A DNA stretch of 64,000 bases, taken from the NCBI GenBank assembly GCA_044225365.1, contig JBGAIQ010000015.1:65449-129448 (forward strand), read 5' to 3'. Every line of letters begins with the position of its first letter. Position 1 is the stretch's first letter. Below, piece after piece: positions 21,101-30,887 of this stretch. Both the position numbers and the translations under genes were made by a program. This stretch comes from Planctomycetota bacterium (GTDB lineage Bacteria; Planctomycetota; B15-G4; JADJEK01). The notes beneath the pieces were generated by a model that worked only from the letters and a program-made list of their open reading frames with translations, was not told the DNA's origin and searched no databases.

Positions 21101-21254
21101 CCCGCTCGACGCGAACGGCTCGATCTCGTTCCCCGCAGCGATTCCGGCGGGAGTGGGAGCGGGCGTCGTCACGATGCAGGGCATCGTCCAGGATGCAGGC
21201 GTGCCGATCGGCTTCACGACGACGAACGGCCTGCAGCTCACGTTCTCGCCCTGA
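18114..21254 (+). CDS. Secreted YVTN/YncE beta-propeller fused to di-heme cytochrome c (CcP/MauG-like) domain, with C-terminal domain
   Basis: Signal peptide; VPVGLDP and IPVGEGP blades; CASCH and CSSCH heme motifs; KVPQLRN...YLHDGS. Confidence 0.8.
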   Translation: MRSQIAPLGAILVVACAGIASAQGSFVNFESPHVHPLELTPDGTRLLAVNTADNRLEVFAVLPAQLAHIGSVPVGLDPTSVRARSNGEAWVVNHLSDSVSVVDLATLRVRATFKTQDEPNDVAFAGTTTSRAFVSSATENTVSVFDPNNLTAAPTLVPIFGVAPRAIAVSSDFKKVYVAIFDSGNQSTVLGGGGTMANVFPPNVVSNPAGPYGGQNPPPNAGNAFNPPIAAGLPAPPKVGLIVKKDATGKWMDDNAHDWTALVSGNNASLSGRPVGWDLPDHDVAVIDADSLGLTYADHLMNLDMALAVNPANGEVVVVGTEATNEIRFEPNLKGKFVHVVGSRITSSGAFVATKDLNPHLTYGVSSIPQSDRDKSLGDPRGVAFSANGSRVFVTGMGSNNLVAFDSTLTRVGTTATTTIPVGEGPTGVVAHPLTGMVFVLNKFEGSVSCVDPVAQKEVDRTALAFDPTPSVIKVGRKHLYDTHKNSGLGQIACASCHIDARIDHLAWDLGDPSGAMKATTGQNLGANVPGLNTGFQPWHPMKGPMTTQSLQDIVGKEPLHWRGDRAGLEEFAPAFKNLQGDDVQLLPAEMQEFEDFIASIHYPPNPYRNFDNTLTTAMNTGVKSNGRFSPKGTALPVGNAQHGATIYRPPTLLDAAAIACSSCHTLPVGIGTNSKLVGFAFQPIATGPNGELHHMLVSQDGNTNITMKVPQLRNMYEKRGFDTNLTSNVAGFGYLHDGSVDTLASFLSEPVFNPGGDQDLADLVAFLFQFAGSDLAYGGSILEPPATSAKDAHAAVGQQTTLIDSGTPAAGQLALIDQMVTVANTNKVGLVVKGIQGGLARGYYYVGGNSFQSDRSTETRTVAQLKSSAAPGSELTFTVVPFESRVRIGVDRDEDGWFDRDEIDALTNPNDPTNYPGCGSALAYGQGCPGSGNRIPRVQVTGCLKQNGNVVFTLDKGNPNALALLVFGLTQAAQPIGGGCYLNVAPMLPPLVGPFPLDANGSISFPAAIPAGVGAGVVTMQGIVQDAGVPIGFTTTNGLQLTFSP

Positions 21255-21286
21255 CGACGACGGGCGTTCGAACCGGCTGAACGAGC

Positions 21287-22004
21287 ATGTGCGGACGTTT
21301 CACGTTGGTCTTGCCGCTCGAGCTCGTCGAGCAGTATCTGGAAGCGCGCGAGCGCGGAGTCCCCGAGTCGTTCGGGTCCCGCGCTCCCGCGCCGTTACAA
21401 CATCGCGCCGTCGCAGGAAATCGTCGTCGTGGACGCGAATCCGGCGACGCGGCGGCGCCGCTCGCGCATCGCGAAATGGGGATTCGAAGCCGGACGTGGC
21501 GAGAGTGGCGAGTCGAGGGCGCCGATCAACGCCCGCGCCGAGACCGTCGCGTCGACGCGCATCTTTCGCGACGCATTCGTGACCGGCCGATGCGTCGTCC
21601 CCGCGAGCGGGTTCTACGAATGGGCGAACTCGGCCGAAGGCGGCAAGCAGCCGTACTACATCCATCCCCGCCACGAAGAACCGACCCTTCCGCCTCTCAT
21701 GGTGTTCGCGGCGATCCTGACGGCGAATGCGGAAGGTCGCGCGAGTTGCGCGATCCTCACGCGTCCCGCGAGCGCGTCGCTCCTCGCGATCCACGACCGC
21801 ATGCCCGTGATCCTCGGATCGAAGCAGCTCGGGCCTTGGCTCCTCGGTGACGCCGCCACGGCGCGCGAGACGCTGGAAGCCGCGCGATCTCGGACCGCGT
21901 TCGATCTTCGGTCGATCGCTGTCTCCAACCTCGTCAACGATGTGCGAAACGACGAGCCGCGCTTGATCGCACCCGAAGCGGATTCGCGCGTGGATCCGTC
22001 CTGA
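21287..22004 (+). pseudogene. SOS response-associated peptidase (SRAP/HMCES), frameshifted near 21375
   Basis: MCGRF in one frame; RYNIAPSQ, INARAET, GFYEW and IHDRMP in the +1 frame. Confidence 0.8.
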
Positions 22005-22066
22005 CCGAACGACAACACGGCGACGCGGCTACGAGCCGGTCGCAGGTCCGGTCGAACCGTCAACGG

Positions 22067-23980
22067 TCATCTTGCACGCCGGAGGTGTCCGAGCGCCGCT
22101 ACCGCGACCCCGACGGCTGCCAAGGAAGCGAGGACGAGTGCCGCGTACGTGGCGCGAGCAAGGTGGACCGGCACGGCGGCGTCTACGATTCGAGCCCGAT
22201 AGTTCACGACGCTCGTCAGCCGGTTCAGCTCCGAGGCCGCATCGTCGATCACACTCGAAACGCTGAATGCATCCCGGGTGAGTTCGATCTGATCCATTTC
22301 GGGGTCGGCGACGACGTGAAGGAACCGATCGATCTCGACTTCGGATGCGGTGATGGAATCGCGCGCTTCCGCTTCCGACTCGGCGCCGGATAGCGCCTCG
22401 AGATCGATCTTCTCGAGCTGTAAAGTATTCCGACGGAGCGAACTCAACTGCCGAGTGACCTCTGCGATTTTCGTAGCTCGGCCATCGCTGTTCTCCATCG
22501 CGGCTTCGAGTACCCCCGCCCGGAGGTCGATCAGGTTCTGGAGCATGTCCTCGAGTTCTTTGAGGGCGAACACGCCATCATCGAGGAGGTTGTTGACGGC
22601 GGATCCGGCCCGACGGATCTCCAATGTCGTCAGAGTGGGGAGGGCGACGATGAGAAGGAGGAGTATGGCGGTCGCTGCCGCGCGCCAGTGGGCCGTGCGG
22701 AATCCCGCAAGGCGAGATCCGAAGCCTCCATGCCCACTCCGTGCGGCGCTCGGCGACGGTCCGTACCCGTTCGAAGGTCGTGCGAACGCCCCGCGCGCCG
22801 CGAACGAGATCGGCACGGGTTCTCGCTCGTCGTCGAGGTTCGTTGCGAGCGAATCCTTCATCACGGAGCGGTAGATCGCGTCGGTCCTTGCGCAACGCAG
22901 GGACTCGGACATCAACTCACGAACGACCGAACCTCCCGCCAAGCCGAGGCGATTCGCGAGTTCCGGATTCGAAAGGAGTCGGACGACCGCCTGCGCCATT
23001 CCCTCGGTGTCCCCCGGCTCGACGAGCAAGCCGGTCTCCTCGTGTCGCACGATCTCGGGATTGCCGTCGGTCCGCGTCGCGACGCAAGCCTTTCGCATCG
23101 CAAGGGCTTCGCGAAGCGATCCCGTCAAACCCTCGTTCTTCACCGAACAGTTGAGCGCGATGTCGGCCGCGGCGTAGATCTCCGGCACATCTTTTCGGAA
23201 GCCGAGGAGTCGCACGGTCGAGGCGAGCCCAAGGTCGTCGATCAGCTTCGCGGTTTGCCGCTCGTGACTGCCTTTTCCCGCCAGGGCGAATACGCAGTCG
23301 GGTCGGGTTCGATGAACGAGCGCAGCGACACGCACGAAGTCGAGCGGCCCCTTCTTGGGTTGGATCTCGCCCACCTGCACGATGAGGGGTTGATCGTCGC
23401 GCAGTCCAAGCTCACTTCGGACCTGCGTTCGCGCCACGTAATCGGGGTCGAATCGTGAGGTATCGAACGAGCCGTAGACGACCTCGATCTTGTCCTCCCG
23501 GACTCCGTACGACGTCAGTGCTCTCTTCACCGCCTGCGAAACCGCGATGATGCGCTGGACGCGTTTGGAGCGATGGACGTGCGCAGCGAGGGCCGTGCGA
23601 AATTCGTGGGTCGTACCGCGTTGGGAGACGAGCGGGACGGACGATCCTTGAAGTGCGAGCCAGGCGAATGCGAGCGCCGTGTCGCGATGCACGTGAACGA
23701 CGTCCGCGCGGAAGTCGCGGACATGTCTGCGGAATCGAAGCGCTTCGAGAGGATGACCGATGCCCGATTCGCCAAGTTCGAGCCCGATGATGGGAATGCC
23801 ATCCTCGATCCAATCCTGAAAGGTCTCCGAATCGAGAAGGTCGTTGGCGCTTCCGTTCACGAAGACGAGGACGGAATGGCCTGCGACGAGTTGCGACTTC
23901 GCGAGGAGGAGCGCCTGAATGGCGCCGCCCCGAGTGGCGTCGCGGTGGGTCAGCAAGTGGACGATACGAAGAGGTGTCAC
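22067..23980 (-). CDS. GT4 glycosyltransferase fused to a TM-helical periplasmic domain-TM module (start uncertain)
   Basis: LRIVHLL, KKG, LLGFRKDV, EGLTGSLREALAM, TGLLVEPGD; then two hydrophobic helices flanking ~150 aa of helical sequence. Confidence 0.78.
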   Translation of the reverse strand: MTPLRIVHLLTHRDATRGGAIQALLLAKSQLVAGHSVLVFVNGSANDLLDSETFQDWIEDGIPIIGLELGESGIGHPLEALRFRRHVRDFRADVVHVHRDTALAFAWLALQGSSVPLVSQRGTTHEFRTALAAHVHRSKRVQRIIAVSQAVKRALTSYGVREDKIEVVYGSFDTSRFDPDYVARTQVRSELGLRDDQPLIVQVGEIQPKKGPLDFVRVAALVHRTRPDCVFALAGKGSHERQTAKLIDDLGLASTVRLLGFRKDVPEIYAAADIALNCSVKNEGLTGSLREALAMRKACVATRTDGNPEIVRHEETGLLVEPGDTEGMAQAVVRLLSNPELANRLGLAGGSVVRELMSESLRCARTDAIYRSVMKDSLATNLDDEREPVPISFAARGAFARPSNGYGPSPSAARSGHGGFGSRLAGFRTAHWRAAATAILLLLIVALPTLTTLEIRRAGSAVNNLLDDGVFALKELEDMLQNLIDLRAGVLEAAMENSDGRATKIAEVTRQLSSLRRNTLQLEKIDLEALSGAESEAEARDSITASEVEIDRFLHVVADPEMDQIELTRDAFSVSSVIDDAASELNRLTSVVNYRARIVDAAVPVHLARATYAALVLASLAAVGVAVAALGHLRRAR

Positions 23981-24576
23981 GAGCAGCGCTCCATCCGATC
24001 CTCGTCGCGTATCTCTTGCATCGCAACGAGGATTCGAGTCTTGGCGCGGCGGCACCCGCGGGTGGGACGGCTGGAGCCGCGATCGAGTGAACTGCGAAAG
24101 CTCCCGGATCGTAGCCGCAAGGAGCGCGAGACAAAACGGAGATCGATCGCAATCGAGGTTCTCGGCTTCGCGATCGCGGAATCATTCGTTGCCGAATCTC
24201 CACGATGCCGAGCCCATCGGCGCATCCGCGCCTTGCAGGGGATCGAGTCGCGAGCACGGCGATCCGAATGCTCCTTACGGACCCTCCCCTGTTGTCGAAC
24301 GGTCGACTCTCCGCGCGACGGAACTATGGCGAGATGAAGAATCAGATTTCTTGAATCGGCTCGCTCTCGAACAAAGATCTCTGCGCTATTCTGGCGAACG
24401 CTTGATCAGGAGTTCGCCGCGACCCTTCCGACCGGCGGCGATTCGGGTGTGTTCGAAATTCGATCTGGGACGACGTGGAACGAGCCGTGGAGACTCGTTC
24501 GCGTGGAGAGTGCGTCGTTCACCGTTCGAATCGAACGTGGGTCTGTTCGACAGCTTTCGAAACGAGGGAGTGAGCA

Positions 24577-25452
24577 ATGAAATTGCGTGTGTCCTTGTCC
24601 GCCCGGAGTCTGCTCTGCGCGAGCTTCGCGTTCGCAGCGGGACTGACCTCCGGAGCCAATGCGCAGGTTGCGACCAGCGCGAACTACCAACTCGATGGCT
24701 ACGGCTTCGCCAATACGGGCGGTGGCACGTGCGCACCGGGCGTAGTCGCGTACACGTCGCTGGGAGGGATCTCCGGAGGGTCGTTCGGTTCGCTGAACTT
24801 CATCGCCGGCGACGGATTCCTCGAGCAGTTCGACCCCGATCTGCCGACTTCGCTCGTGGTCTTCGGCGTCACGCCGAACTACGGGCCGAAGGTCGGCGGA
24901 ACGCAGGTCACGGTCTCGGGCTTCAATTTCGACAAGCTCGGTGCGGGTCCGTCGACCTTCGTGTCGGTGGGCGGCGTGCCGGCGACGGGAGTCACCGTCG
25001 TGTCGAATACGGAACTGAAGTTCACGACGCCGCCGGGCCTCGCGGGGCCGCGGCTGCTCGCGATCGCGAATACGTATGGAGCGGTGATCAAATCCGACGG
25101 GTTCATCTACGCGCCGGCGGTGATCTCGTCGCCGACGGTGATGCTCGGCGGCAATCTCGACATCACGAACTACGGCAATCCCGGGGACACCTACACGACG
25201 TTCGTCTCGACGTCGACGTGTGTGATTCCCGCCGCGCCGTACGGCACGCTGCTGATCGGGCCCTTCCCGTTCATCCAGCTCCTGCCGTTCCTCCCATACG
25301 GTGGCACGGGCGCATCGCTCGTGTCGTTGCCCGTGCCCGTGCTCCCGGCCTTGTCCGGCATCACGGTGCACTTCCAGTCGGTCTCGTTGTTCGCCTCCGG
25401 AGGCCCGCCGCCCGGCGCCCTCACGAACGCATCGACGACATCGATTCTCTGA
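24577..25452 (+). CDS. Secreted IPT/TIG-domain protein
   Basis: Signal peptide; VTPNYGPKVGGTQVTVSGFNF...VVSNTELKFTTPPG; GAGG RBS. Confidence 0.8.
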   Translation: MKLRVSLSARSLLCASFAFAAGLTSGANAQVATSANYQLDGYGFANTGGGTCAPGVVAYTSLGGISGGSFGSLNFIAGDGFLEQFDPDLPTSLVVFGVTPNYGPKVGGTQVTVSGFNFDKLGAGPSTFVSVGGVPATGVTVVSNTELKFTTPPGLAGPRLLAIANTYGAVIKSDGFIYAPAVISSPTVMLGGNLDITNYGNPGDTYTTFVSTSTCVIPAAPYGTLLIGPFPFIQLLPFLPYGGTGASLVSLPVPVLPALSGITVHFQSVSLFASGGPPPGALTNASTTSIL

Positions 25453-25531
25453 AGCCGTAGTTCGGAAACTCAACCCAAATCAACAGGGCCTCGACGGATG
25501 ACCGATCGAGGACCTCGAAGGAATACGCAGT

Positions 25532-27328
25532 ATGAAGATCCTCAAGCATCTCGCGGGCGCTCTGCTCGCGGCATCCATGTTCGCTCCGGTCGTCAGCGCG
25601 GCGACGCCCGACCTCCTCTTCTTCCAGGCCCGCTTGAAGAACAGCGCGGGCGTACCGCTCAACGGCAACGGCATCTCGCTCAAGATCGCGATCTATGACG
25701 CGGCGAGCGGGGGCAATTTGCTGTGGACCGAGACGCAGTCGGTCACGGCTCTGAGTGGTGTCGTCAACACGTTCCTGGGCTCGGTGACGCCGCTTCCCGG
25801 CAATCTCTTCGATGGTGGCGCGCGCTACCTCGGCATCACGGTCGGGGCAGATCCCGAGATGTCTCCCCGTCAACTGGTCGCGTCGGTGCCCTTCGCACTG
25901 CGCGCAGGCGATGTGACCGGCGACATCCACCCGGCCAGCGTTTCGATCAACGGCTCGCTCGTGATCGATCAGTTCGGGAACTGGGTAGGTAGCCCGACGG
26001 GTCTGCAGGGTCCGCAGGGCCCTGCCGGTCCCGCCGGTTCCACTGGCGCGCAAGGCGCGCAGGGCGATCCGGGTCCGGCGGGTCCAGCGGGTCCGCAGGG
26101 CGTGCAGGGCGATCCGGGTCCCGCCGGTCCGTCTGGCGCGCAGGGCGATCCAGGTCCCGCCGGTCCGCAGGGTGTGCAGGGCGATCCAGGTCCCGCCGGT
26201 CCGCAGGGTGTGCAGGGCGATCCGGGTCCCGCCGGTCCGCAGGGTGTGCAGGGCGATCCGGGTCCCGCCGGTCCCGCTGGCGCGCAGGGCGATCCGGGTC
26301 CCGCCGGTCCGCAGGGAGCGCAAGGCGACCCGGGTCCTGCGGGTGCTCAGGGCGCGCAGGGTCCCCAGGGAACCAATGGACCGAAGTTCGCCGACGATGG
26401 TGCGACGAACTGGGGTTCCGATTCGGTCGGCGGCACGCAGAAGCTCGTCGCCATCGTGCAGCCCGTCGTCGGTACCACGATCGGCAGCGTGAAGGCGTAC
26501 GGCGAGAGCAACGCGACGACCTACGACGCGTTCAAGGTCAACCTGACGACCGGCGCTTCGACCTCGCTCGGTTCGGCGAACGTCAACTCGACGATCAACT
26601 TCACCGACTTCGCTCCGACGATCAACGAGTACGTCGTGTTGCGCTACAGCGCGACGTCGGCGGCCGAGACGATCTTCGGTGCGCACCTGAACGGCGGTGA
26701 TGTCGCGGGTTCGGTGTTCTCGGAGCCGTTCGCGAACGCCGCCAACTGGACGTTCGTCGCCGGCGTCAACAACGGCACGGTCGGTTGGAATGTCGACGCG
26801 AGCCCGGCGACGGTGCTCGGCGCCCCGACCTTCCAGTCGTCGCCGTTCAGCTTGAACTACAACAACGGCGTCGACTTCAACTCGGGCGCGAGTGTCATCA
26901 ACACGGGCGAAGCCCGATTGAACGCCGGCCTCGTCAATCTCACGGGTCTGACGAGTCCCTCGCTCACGTTCCTCTGCAACTATCAGACGGAATCGACCCT
27001 CACGAGCTTCGACAAGCGCTTCGTCGAATTCTCGAACGACAACTTCACGACGACGCTGCTCTCCGCGCAGCTCGCCGCGTCGGGTCAGACGGGCGGCATC
27101 AACGCGTGTAGCTCGACGATGGGCGTCTGGCACACGCACACGGTCCCGCTGACGACGAGCTGGGGTGCGATCCGCATTCGCTTCCGATTCGACACGGTTG
27201 ACGGAACGATCAACACGGGCGCGGGCTGGTTCGTCGACGACATGGCGGTCACCGCCACGAACGTCACGACACCCGGCGCACCGGTCCAGCGCGTGACACC
27301 TGATCAGTTCACGTTGAACAACGACTGA
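25532..27328 (+). CDS. Secreted collagen-like fibre protein with C-terminal beta-sandwich domain
   Basis: Signal peptide; FQARL...[17 protein letters not shown]-terminal domain; Gly-X-Y run; C-terminal [15 protein letters not shown]. Confidence 0.85.
   Translation: MKILKHLAGALLAASMFAPVVSAATPDLLFFQARLKNSAGVPLNGNGISLKIAIYDAASGGNLLWTETQSVTALSGVVNTFLGSVTPLPGNLFDGGARYLGITVGADPEMSPRQLVASVPFALRAGDVTGDIHPASVSINGSLVIDQFGNWVGSPTGLQGPQGPAGPAGSTGAQGAQGDPGPAGPAGPQGVQGDPGPAGPSGAQGDPGPAGPQGVQGDPGPAGPQGVQGDPGPAGPQGVQGDPGPAGPAGAQGDPGPAGPQGAQGDPGPAGAQGAQGPQGTNGPKFADDGATNWGSDSVGGTQKLVAIVQPVVGTTIGSVKAYGESNATTYDAFKVNLTTGASTSLGSANVNSTINFTDFAPTINEYVVLRYSATSAAETIFGAHLNGGDVAGSVFSEPFANAANWTFVAGVNNGTVGWNVDASPATVLGAPTFQSSPFSLNYNNGVDFNSGASVINTGEARLNAGLVNLTGLTSPSLTFLCNYQTESTLTSFDKRFVEFSNDNFTTTLLSAQLAASGQTGGINACSSTMGVWHTHTVPLTTSWGAIRIRFRFDTVDGTINTGAGWFVDDMAVTATNVTTPGAPVQRVTPDQFTLNND
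26000..26386 (+). repeat. Collagen Gly-X-Y repeat (~43 triplets, 36-bp [12 protein letters not shown] units)
   Basis: Direct reading of the translation and the DNA repeat. Confidence 0.9.
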
Positions 27329-27347
27329 CGAAATCACGATCGCGACG

Positions 27348-27384
27348 CGGCGTGTCCCACCCTTGCAGTGGGGCACGCCGTTTC
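27348..27384 (+). terminator. Rho-independent terminator (possibly bidirectional)
   Basis: CGGCGTGTCCCAC / GTGGGGCACGCCG stem followed by TTTC, between convergent genes. Confidence 0.65.
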
Positions 27385-27413
27385 GCTTGCACTCCGTGTG
27401 CTGTCCGTCGCGA

Positions 27414-28808
27414 TCAAACGCGCTTCAGGGCAACGACGCACTCGACGTGTCGAGTCTGGGGAAACAGATCGATCGGCTGCACGGTCGTGATGGCGTAGGC
27501 GTCGCGAAAGGCCTGAAGGTCCTTTCCCAGCGTCTTCGGATTGCAGCTCACGTACACGACGCGTTCGGCGCGAAGGTCGACGATCGAACGCAGCGCTTTG
27601 GGATGGACTCCGGCGCGCGGCGGATCGAGCACGATCACGTCCGGCGATCCCTCCTTTTCCACGACGCGCGGCAATACCTCGAGGAGATCGCCTGCCACGA
27701 ACTCGGCGTTCGCAACGCCATTGCGGGCTGCGTTCCTTCGCGCGTTCTCCACAGCGCCTTCGTGGATCTCGATCCCGATCACTCTCGACACGAACCGCGC
27801 GAGCGACAGCGAGATCGTGCCGACGCCGCAGAAGAGATCGAACACACGGTCCGTGCGCCCTGCTCCCGCGAGATCGCGAACGATCGAATAGAGTCGCTCG
27901 GCCTGTTCGGTGTTGGTCTGGAAGAACGATTGGGGGCCGATCTCGAAGACGAGTTCGTCGATGTGATCATGGACCACTCCCGCTCCGAAGACGACGTGGA
28001 CCTCGTCGCCGTAGGCCACTTGGGCGAGGCCGGAGTTGATCGTGTTGACGAAGGTGGCGACCTCGGGGAATTCCGCTCGCAGCATCGCGGCGATAGGCAC
28101 GAGCGCGGCCTCGTCATGACGCGACGTGACGAGGTTCACCATCCACTCGCGCGAATCGCCGCCTTCTCGCGTCAGGCCACGACGCGGTGCGCGAATGCCG
28201 AGATGGCGGAGGAAGCCCGTGTACTTGCGAGCATTCCATGCGGACAATCCGAGTTCCCGCGCGATCTCGCGAATGCGATTCACGAGCGCTGCGCTGCGTG
28301 ACGATTGCAGATGGCATTCCTTCAGGTCGAGCACGCGATCGAATCGGCCGGGCGCGAAGAGGCCGAGCGCGAACCCCCGATCGAATTCCTCGCCGCTCGC
28401 GACTTCGGCGTCGGTGAGCCAGCGCGCCGTTCCGAAGCTGAATTCCATCTTGTTGCGGTACTCGTACTCGCGCGAGCACCCGATCGTGGGTTCGACGGCG
28501 AGCGAGTCGAGCGCGTCGGAGACGATGCAGCGCTTCCAGTCGAGCTGTGCGGCGTAGGTGAGCATCTGCCAGTCGCACCCACCGCACGCGCCGAAATACG
28601 AACAGCGGGGGACGACGCGATCCTTCGACGGCTCGACGACCGAGAGCAACTTCGCGACGAAAGCGCCCTTGTCGCGCCCGACGATACGCGCTCGTACCCT
28701 CTCGCCGGGCAGCGCGCCGTCGACGTGGACTCGCCGACTACCGACGAACGCCGACGCGTCGGCGCCGTCGCGTTCGATCGAGAGTTCGAGTTCGTCGCCG
28801 GGCTTCAA
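27414..28808 (-). CDS. rlmD: 23S rRNA (uracil-C5)-methyltransferase RlmD/TrmA family
   Basis: TRAM domain, CxxFGxCGGC, SFFQTN, LDPPRAG, YVSCNP, DLFPQT.HVE. Confidence 0.9.
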   Translation of the reverse strand: MKPGDELELSIERDGADASAFVGSRRVHVDGALPGERVRARIVGRDKGAFVAKLLSVVEPSKDRVVPRCSYFGACGGCDWQMLTYAAQLDWKRCIVSDALDSLAVEPTIGCSREYEYRNKMEFSFGTARWLTDAEVASGEEFDRGFALGLFAPGRFDRVLDLKECHLQSSRSAALVNRIREIARELGLSAWNARKYTGFLRHLGIRAPRRGLTREGGDSREWMVNLVTSRHDEAALVPIAAMLRAEFPEVATFVNTINSGLAQVAYGDEVHVVFGAGVVHDHIDELVFEIGPQSFFQTNTEQAERLYSIVRDLAGAGRTDRVFDLFCGVGTISLSLARFVSRVIGIEIHEGAVENARRNAARNGVANAEFVAGDLLEVLPRVVEKEGSPDVIVLDPPRAGVHPKALRSIVDLRAERVVYVSCNPKTLGKDLQAFRDAYAITTVQPIDLFPQTRHVECVVALKRV

Positions 28809-28845
28809 GGGCGGGCTCGTAGCGCGAGGGATCGGCCTGCCAACT

Positions 28846-29847
28846 TCACGGCCCTGCGCTGATCGCGAGCATGCGTTCGAGCGGAACGAGGGCGCGGCGC
28901 CGCAGGTCTTCTGGCATCTCGAGGCGCGGCTTCAGGTCGCGCAGGCAGAGATACAGTTTCGCGAGCGTGTTCTTCTTCATGTGCGGGCACTCGTTGCACC
29001 GGCAGCCCTTCTCGCCTTCGAAAGGGACGGGGATCAGCTCCTTGCCGGGAGCGGCCTTCTTCATCGCGTGAAGGATGCCCGTTTCGGTGCCGACGATGAT
29101 GCGCTGCGACTTCGAGCGACTTTCGACGTACTTGAGGAGCGCGGTGGTCGAGCCCACGAAGTCGGCGTGACGCAGGACGCCGGGCTCGGCTTCGGGATGG
29201 CAGATGAACTCAGCGTCGGGGTGCTGCGCCTTGAGATCGAGGATCTTCCGCTCGGAGAAGGTCTCGTGGACGATGCAGGTTCCCTGCCAGAGTTTCATCT
29301 CGCGACCCGTCTTCGAGATCAGCCAGCGCCCGAGATTGCGGTCGGGCACGAAGAGCAGCTTCTGCTCCTTGCGAAACGAATTCACGACGGCGAGCGCATT
29401 GCTCGAGGTGCAGATGCAGTCGGCGAGCGCCTTCACTCCCGCCGAGCAGTTGATGTAGGCGATGACCGCGTGATCGGGATGCTGCCGCTTCCACTCCGCG
29501 AGTGCGTCGGGCGGACAGGAGTCGGCGAGCGAGCAGCCGGCGTCGAGATCGGGCAATACGACCGTGCGTTCCGGATTCACGATCTTCGCCGTCTCGGCCA
29601 TGAAGTGGACGCCGCAGAAGGCGATCACGTCGGCCTGCGTCTTCTTCGCGGCCTGCGCGAGCGCGAGCGAATCGCCGAGGAAGTCCGCGAGATCCTGGAT
29701 CTCGGAATCCTGATAGTAGTGGGCGAGGATCACGGCGTTGCGCTCTTTGCGCAGGCGCTGGATCTCCGCGACGAGAGCCGCGCCCTTCGGAATCGGTCCC
29801 ATCGGGCTCGTGGTCGACGGAGCAGTAGCGTTCGTGGCCGTTGTCAT
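28846..29847 (-). CDS. nadA: Quinolinate synthase NadA
   Basis: [31 protein letters not shown] and CNECPHMK motifs. Confidence 0.95.
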   Translation of the reverse strand: MTTATNATAPSTTSPMGPIPKGAALVAEIQRLRKERNAVILAHYYQDSEIQDLADFLGDSLALAQAAKKTQADVIAFCGVHFMAETAKIVNPERTVVLPDLDAGCSLADSCPPDALAEWKRQHPDHAVIAYINCSAGVKALADCICTSSNALAVVNSFRKEQKLLFVPDRNLGRWLISKTGREMKLWQGTCIVHETFSERKILDLKAQHPDAEFICHPEAEPGVLRHADFVGSTTALLKYVESRSKSQRIIVGTETGILHAMKKAAPGKELIPVPFEGEKGCRCNECPHMKKNTLAKLYLCLRDLKPRLEMPEDLRRRALVPLERMLAISAGP

Positions 29848-30025
29848 CGAATCGTCCGCGATGATTCCTGGTCGTTCGAGGATACGGGATCTCTTCGCGA
29901 TTCGTACGCTTGCACCCTCACCAAAAGTTCGCGGAGCGGCGACGTGACCTTCATGCGATTCACGATCGACGTCCCCACGATTCCGCGTTCGTCCTCTTCC
30001 TTCCACAGTTCTCTGGGGTCCTGTC

Positions 30026-30838
30026 ATGCGCATCGGCCGTCTCTCCATCCTCGTCGCATCGATCGCCGCGTCGTCGCTCGCGCTTCCCGCCTTCGGGTGG
30101 GGCGAGAAGGGGCACCGAATCACGGGCGAACTCGCATGGATGCTCCTCAAGAAGGAGACTCGCGCGAAGCTCGAACGCCTGTTGCCCGACGAGAAGATCT
30201 CCGATGTCGCGAACTGGGCCGATCAGGTCCGCGATGAGCGCCCCGAGACCAAGCCCTGGCATTACGTCAACGTTCCCGAGGGCGCGAAGGGCTACGACGC
30301 GAGCCGAGACTGCGCGGGCGGGAAGTGCATCGTCGCAAAGCTCGACGAGATGCAGAAGAAGTTCGCCGATCCGAAGACGCCGAAGGCCGAGCGCATCGAA
30401 GCGCTGAAGTGGGTGGTGCATTTCGTCGGCGATCTCCACCAACCACTGCACGTGTCGCACGAATCCGATCAGGGCGGCAACAGCATCCAGGTCACGTTCT
30501 TCGGCCGTCCGACGAATCTGCATCGGCTGTGGGACTCCGACATGATCGAGCGCTTCGATGAGGACAGTCGCACGTTCGCGGACGACCTGATGCGGGAGAT
30601 CAAGAAGGAAGAGGCCGATGCGTGGCGGTCGGGGACACCTGCGGAATGGGCGAATGAATCGTGGGCGCTCGCGACGACGATCGGCTACCTCGACACGCGC
30701 GGCAAGAAGATCGAGAACGGGGACAAGCTCGGACGTGACTACTGGATCGCGCGCTCCGCCATCATCGATCAACAGTTGAAGAAGGCGGGTGTTCGCCTCG
30801 CGTGGCTCATCGAGCAGGGACTCGCGAACGATCCCTGA
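30026..30838 (+). CDS. Secreted S1/P1 nuclease
   Basis: Signal peptide then [30 protein letters not shown]. Confidence 0.93.
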   Translation: MRIGRLSILVASIAASSLALPAFGWGEKGHRITGELAWMLLKKETRAKLERLLPDEKISDVANWADQVRDERPETKPWHYVNVPEGAKGYDASRDCAGGKCIVAKLDEMQKKFADPKTPKAERIEALKWVVHFVGDLHQPLHVSHESDQGGNSIQVTFFGRPTNLHRLWDSDMIERFDEDSRTFADDLMREIKKEEADAWRSGTPAEWANESWALATTIGYLDTRGKKIENGDKLGRDYWIARSAIIDQQLKKAGVRLAWLIEQGLANDP

Positions 30839-30887
30839 CGGAGCTGCGAGAACGACCACGAGACGACGCATGTTACGATCGGGCGCC

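Noticed and set aside
23990-24570. Possible small ORFs or ncRNA in the long divergent intergenic region
   Set aside because: No recognisable RNA motif, RBS-supported ORF or strong structure
25532-27328. Prophage tail fibre
   Set aside because: Has a Sec signal peptide and no phage structural, integrase or terminase genes flank it
30026-30838. S1/P1 nuclease as part of the downstream biosynthetic cluster (DNA-modification or defence system)
   Set aside because: It carries a signal peptide and is not translationally coupled to the cluster; co-orientation is the only link
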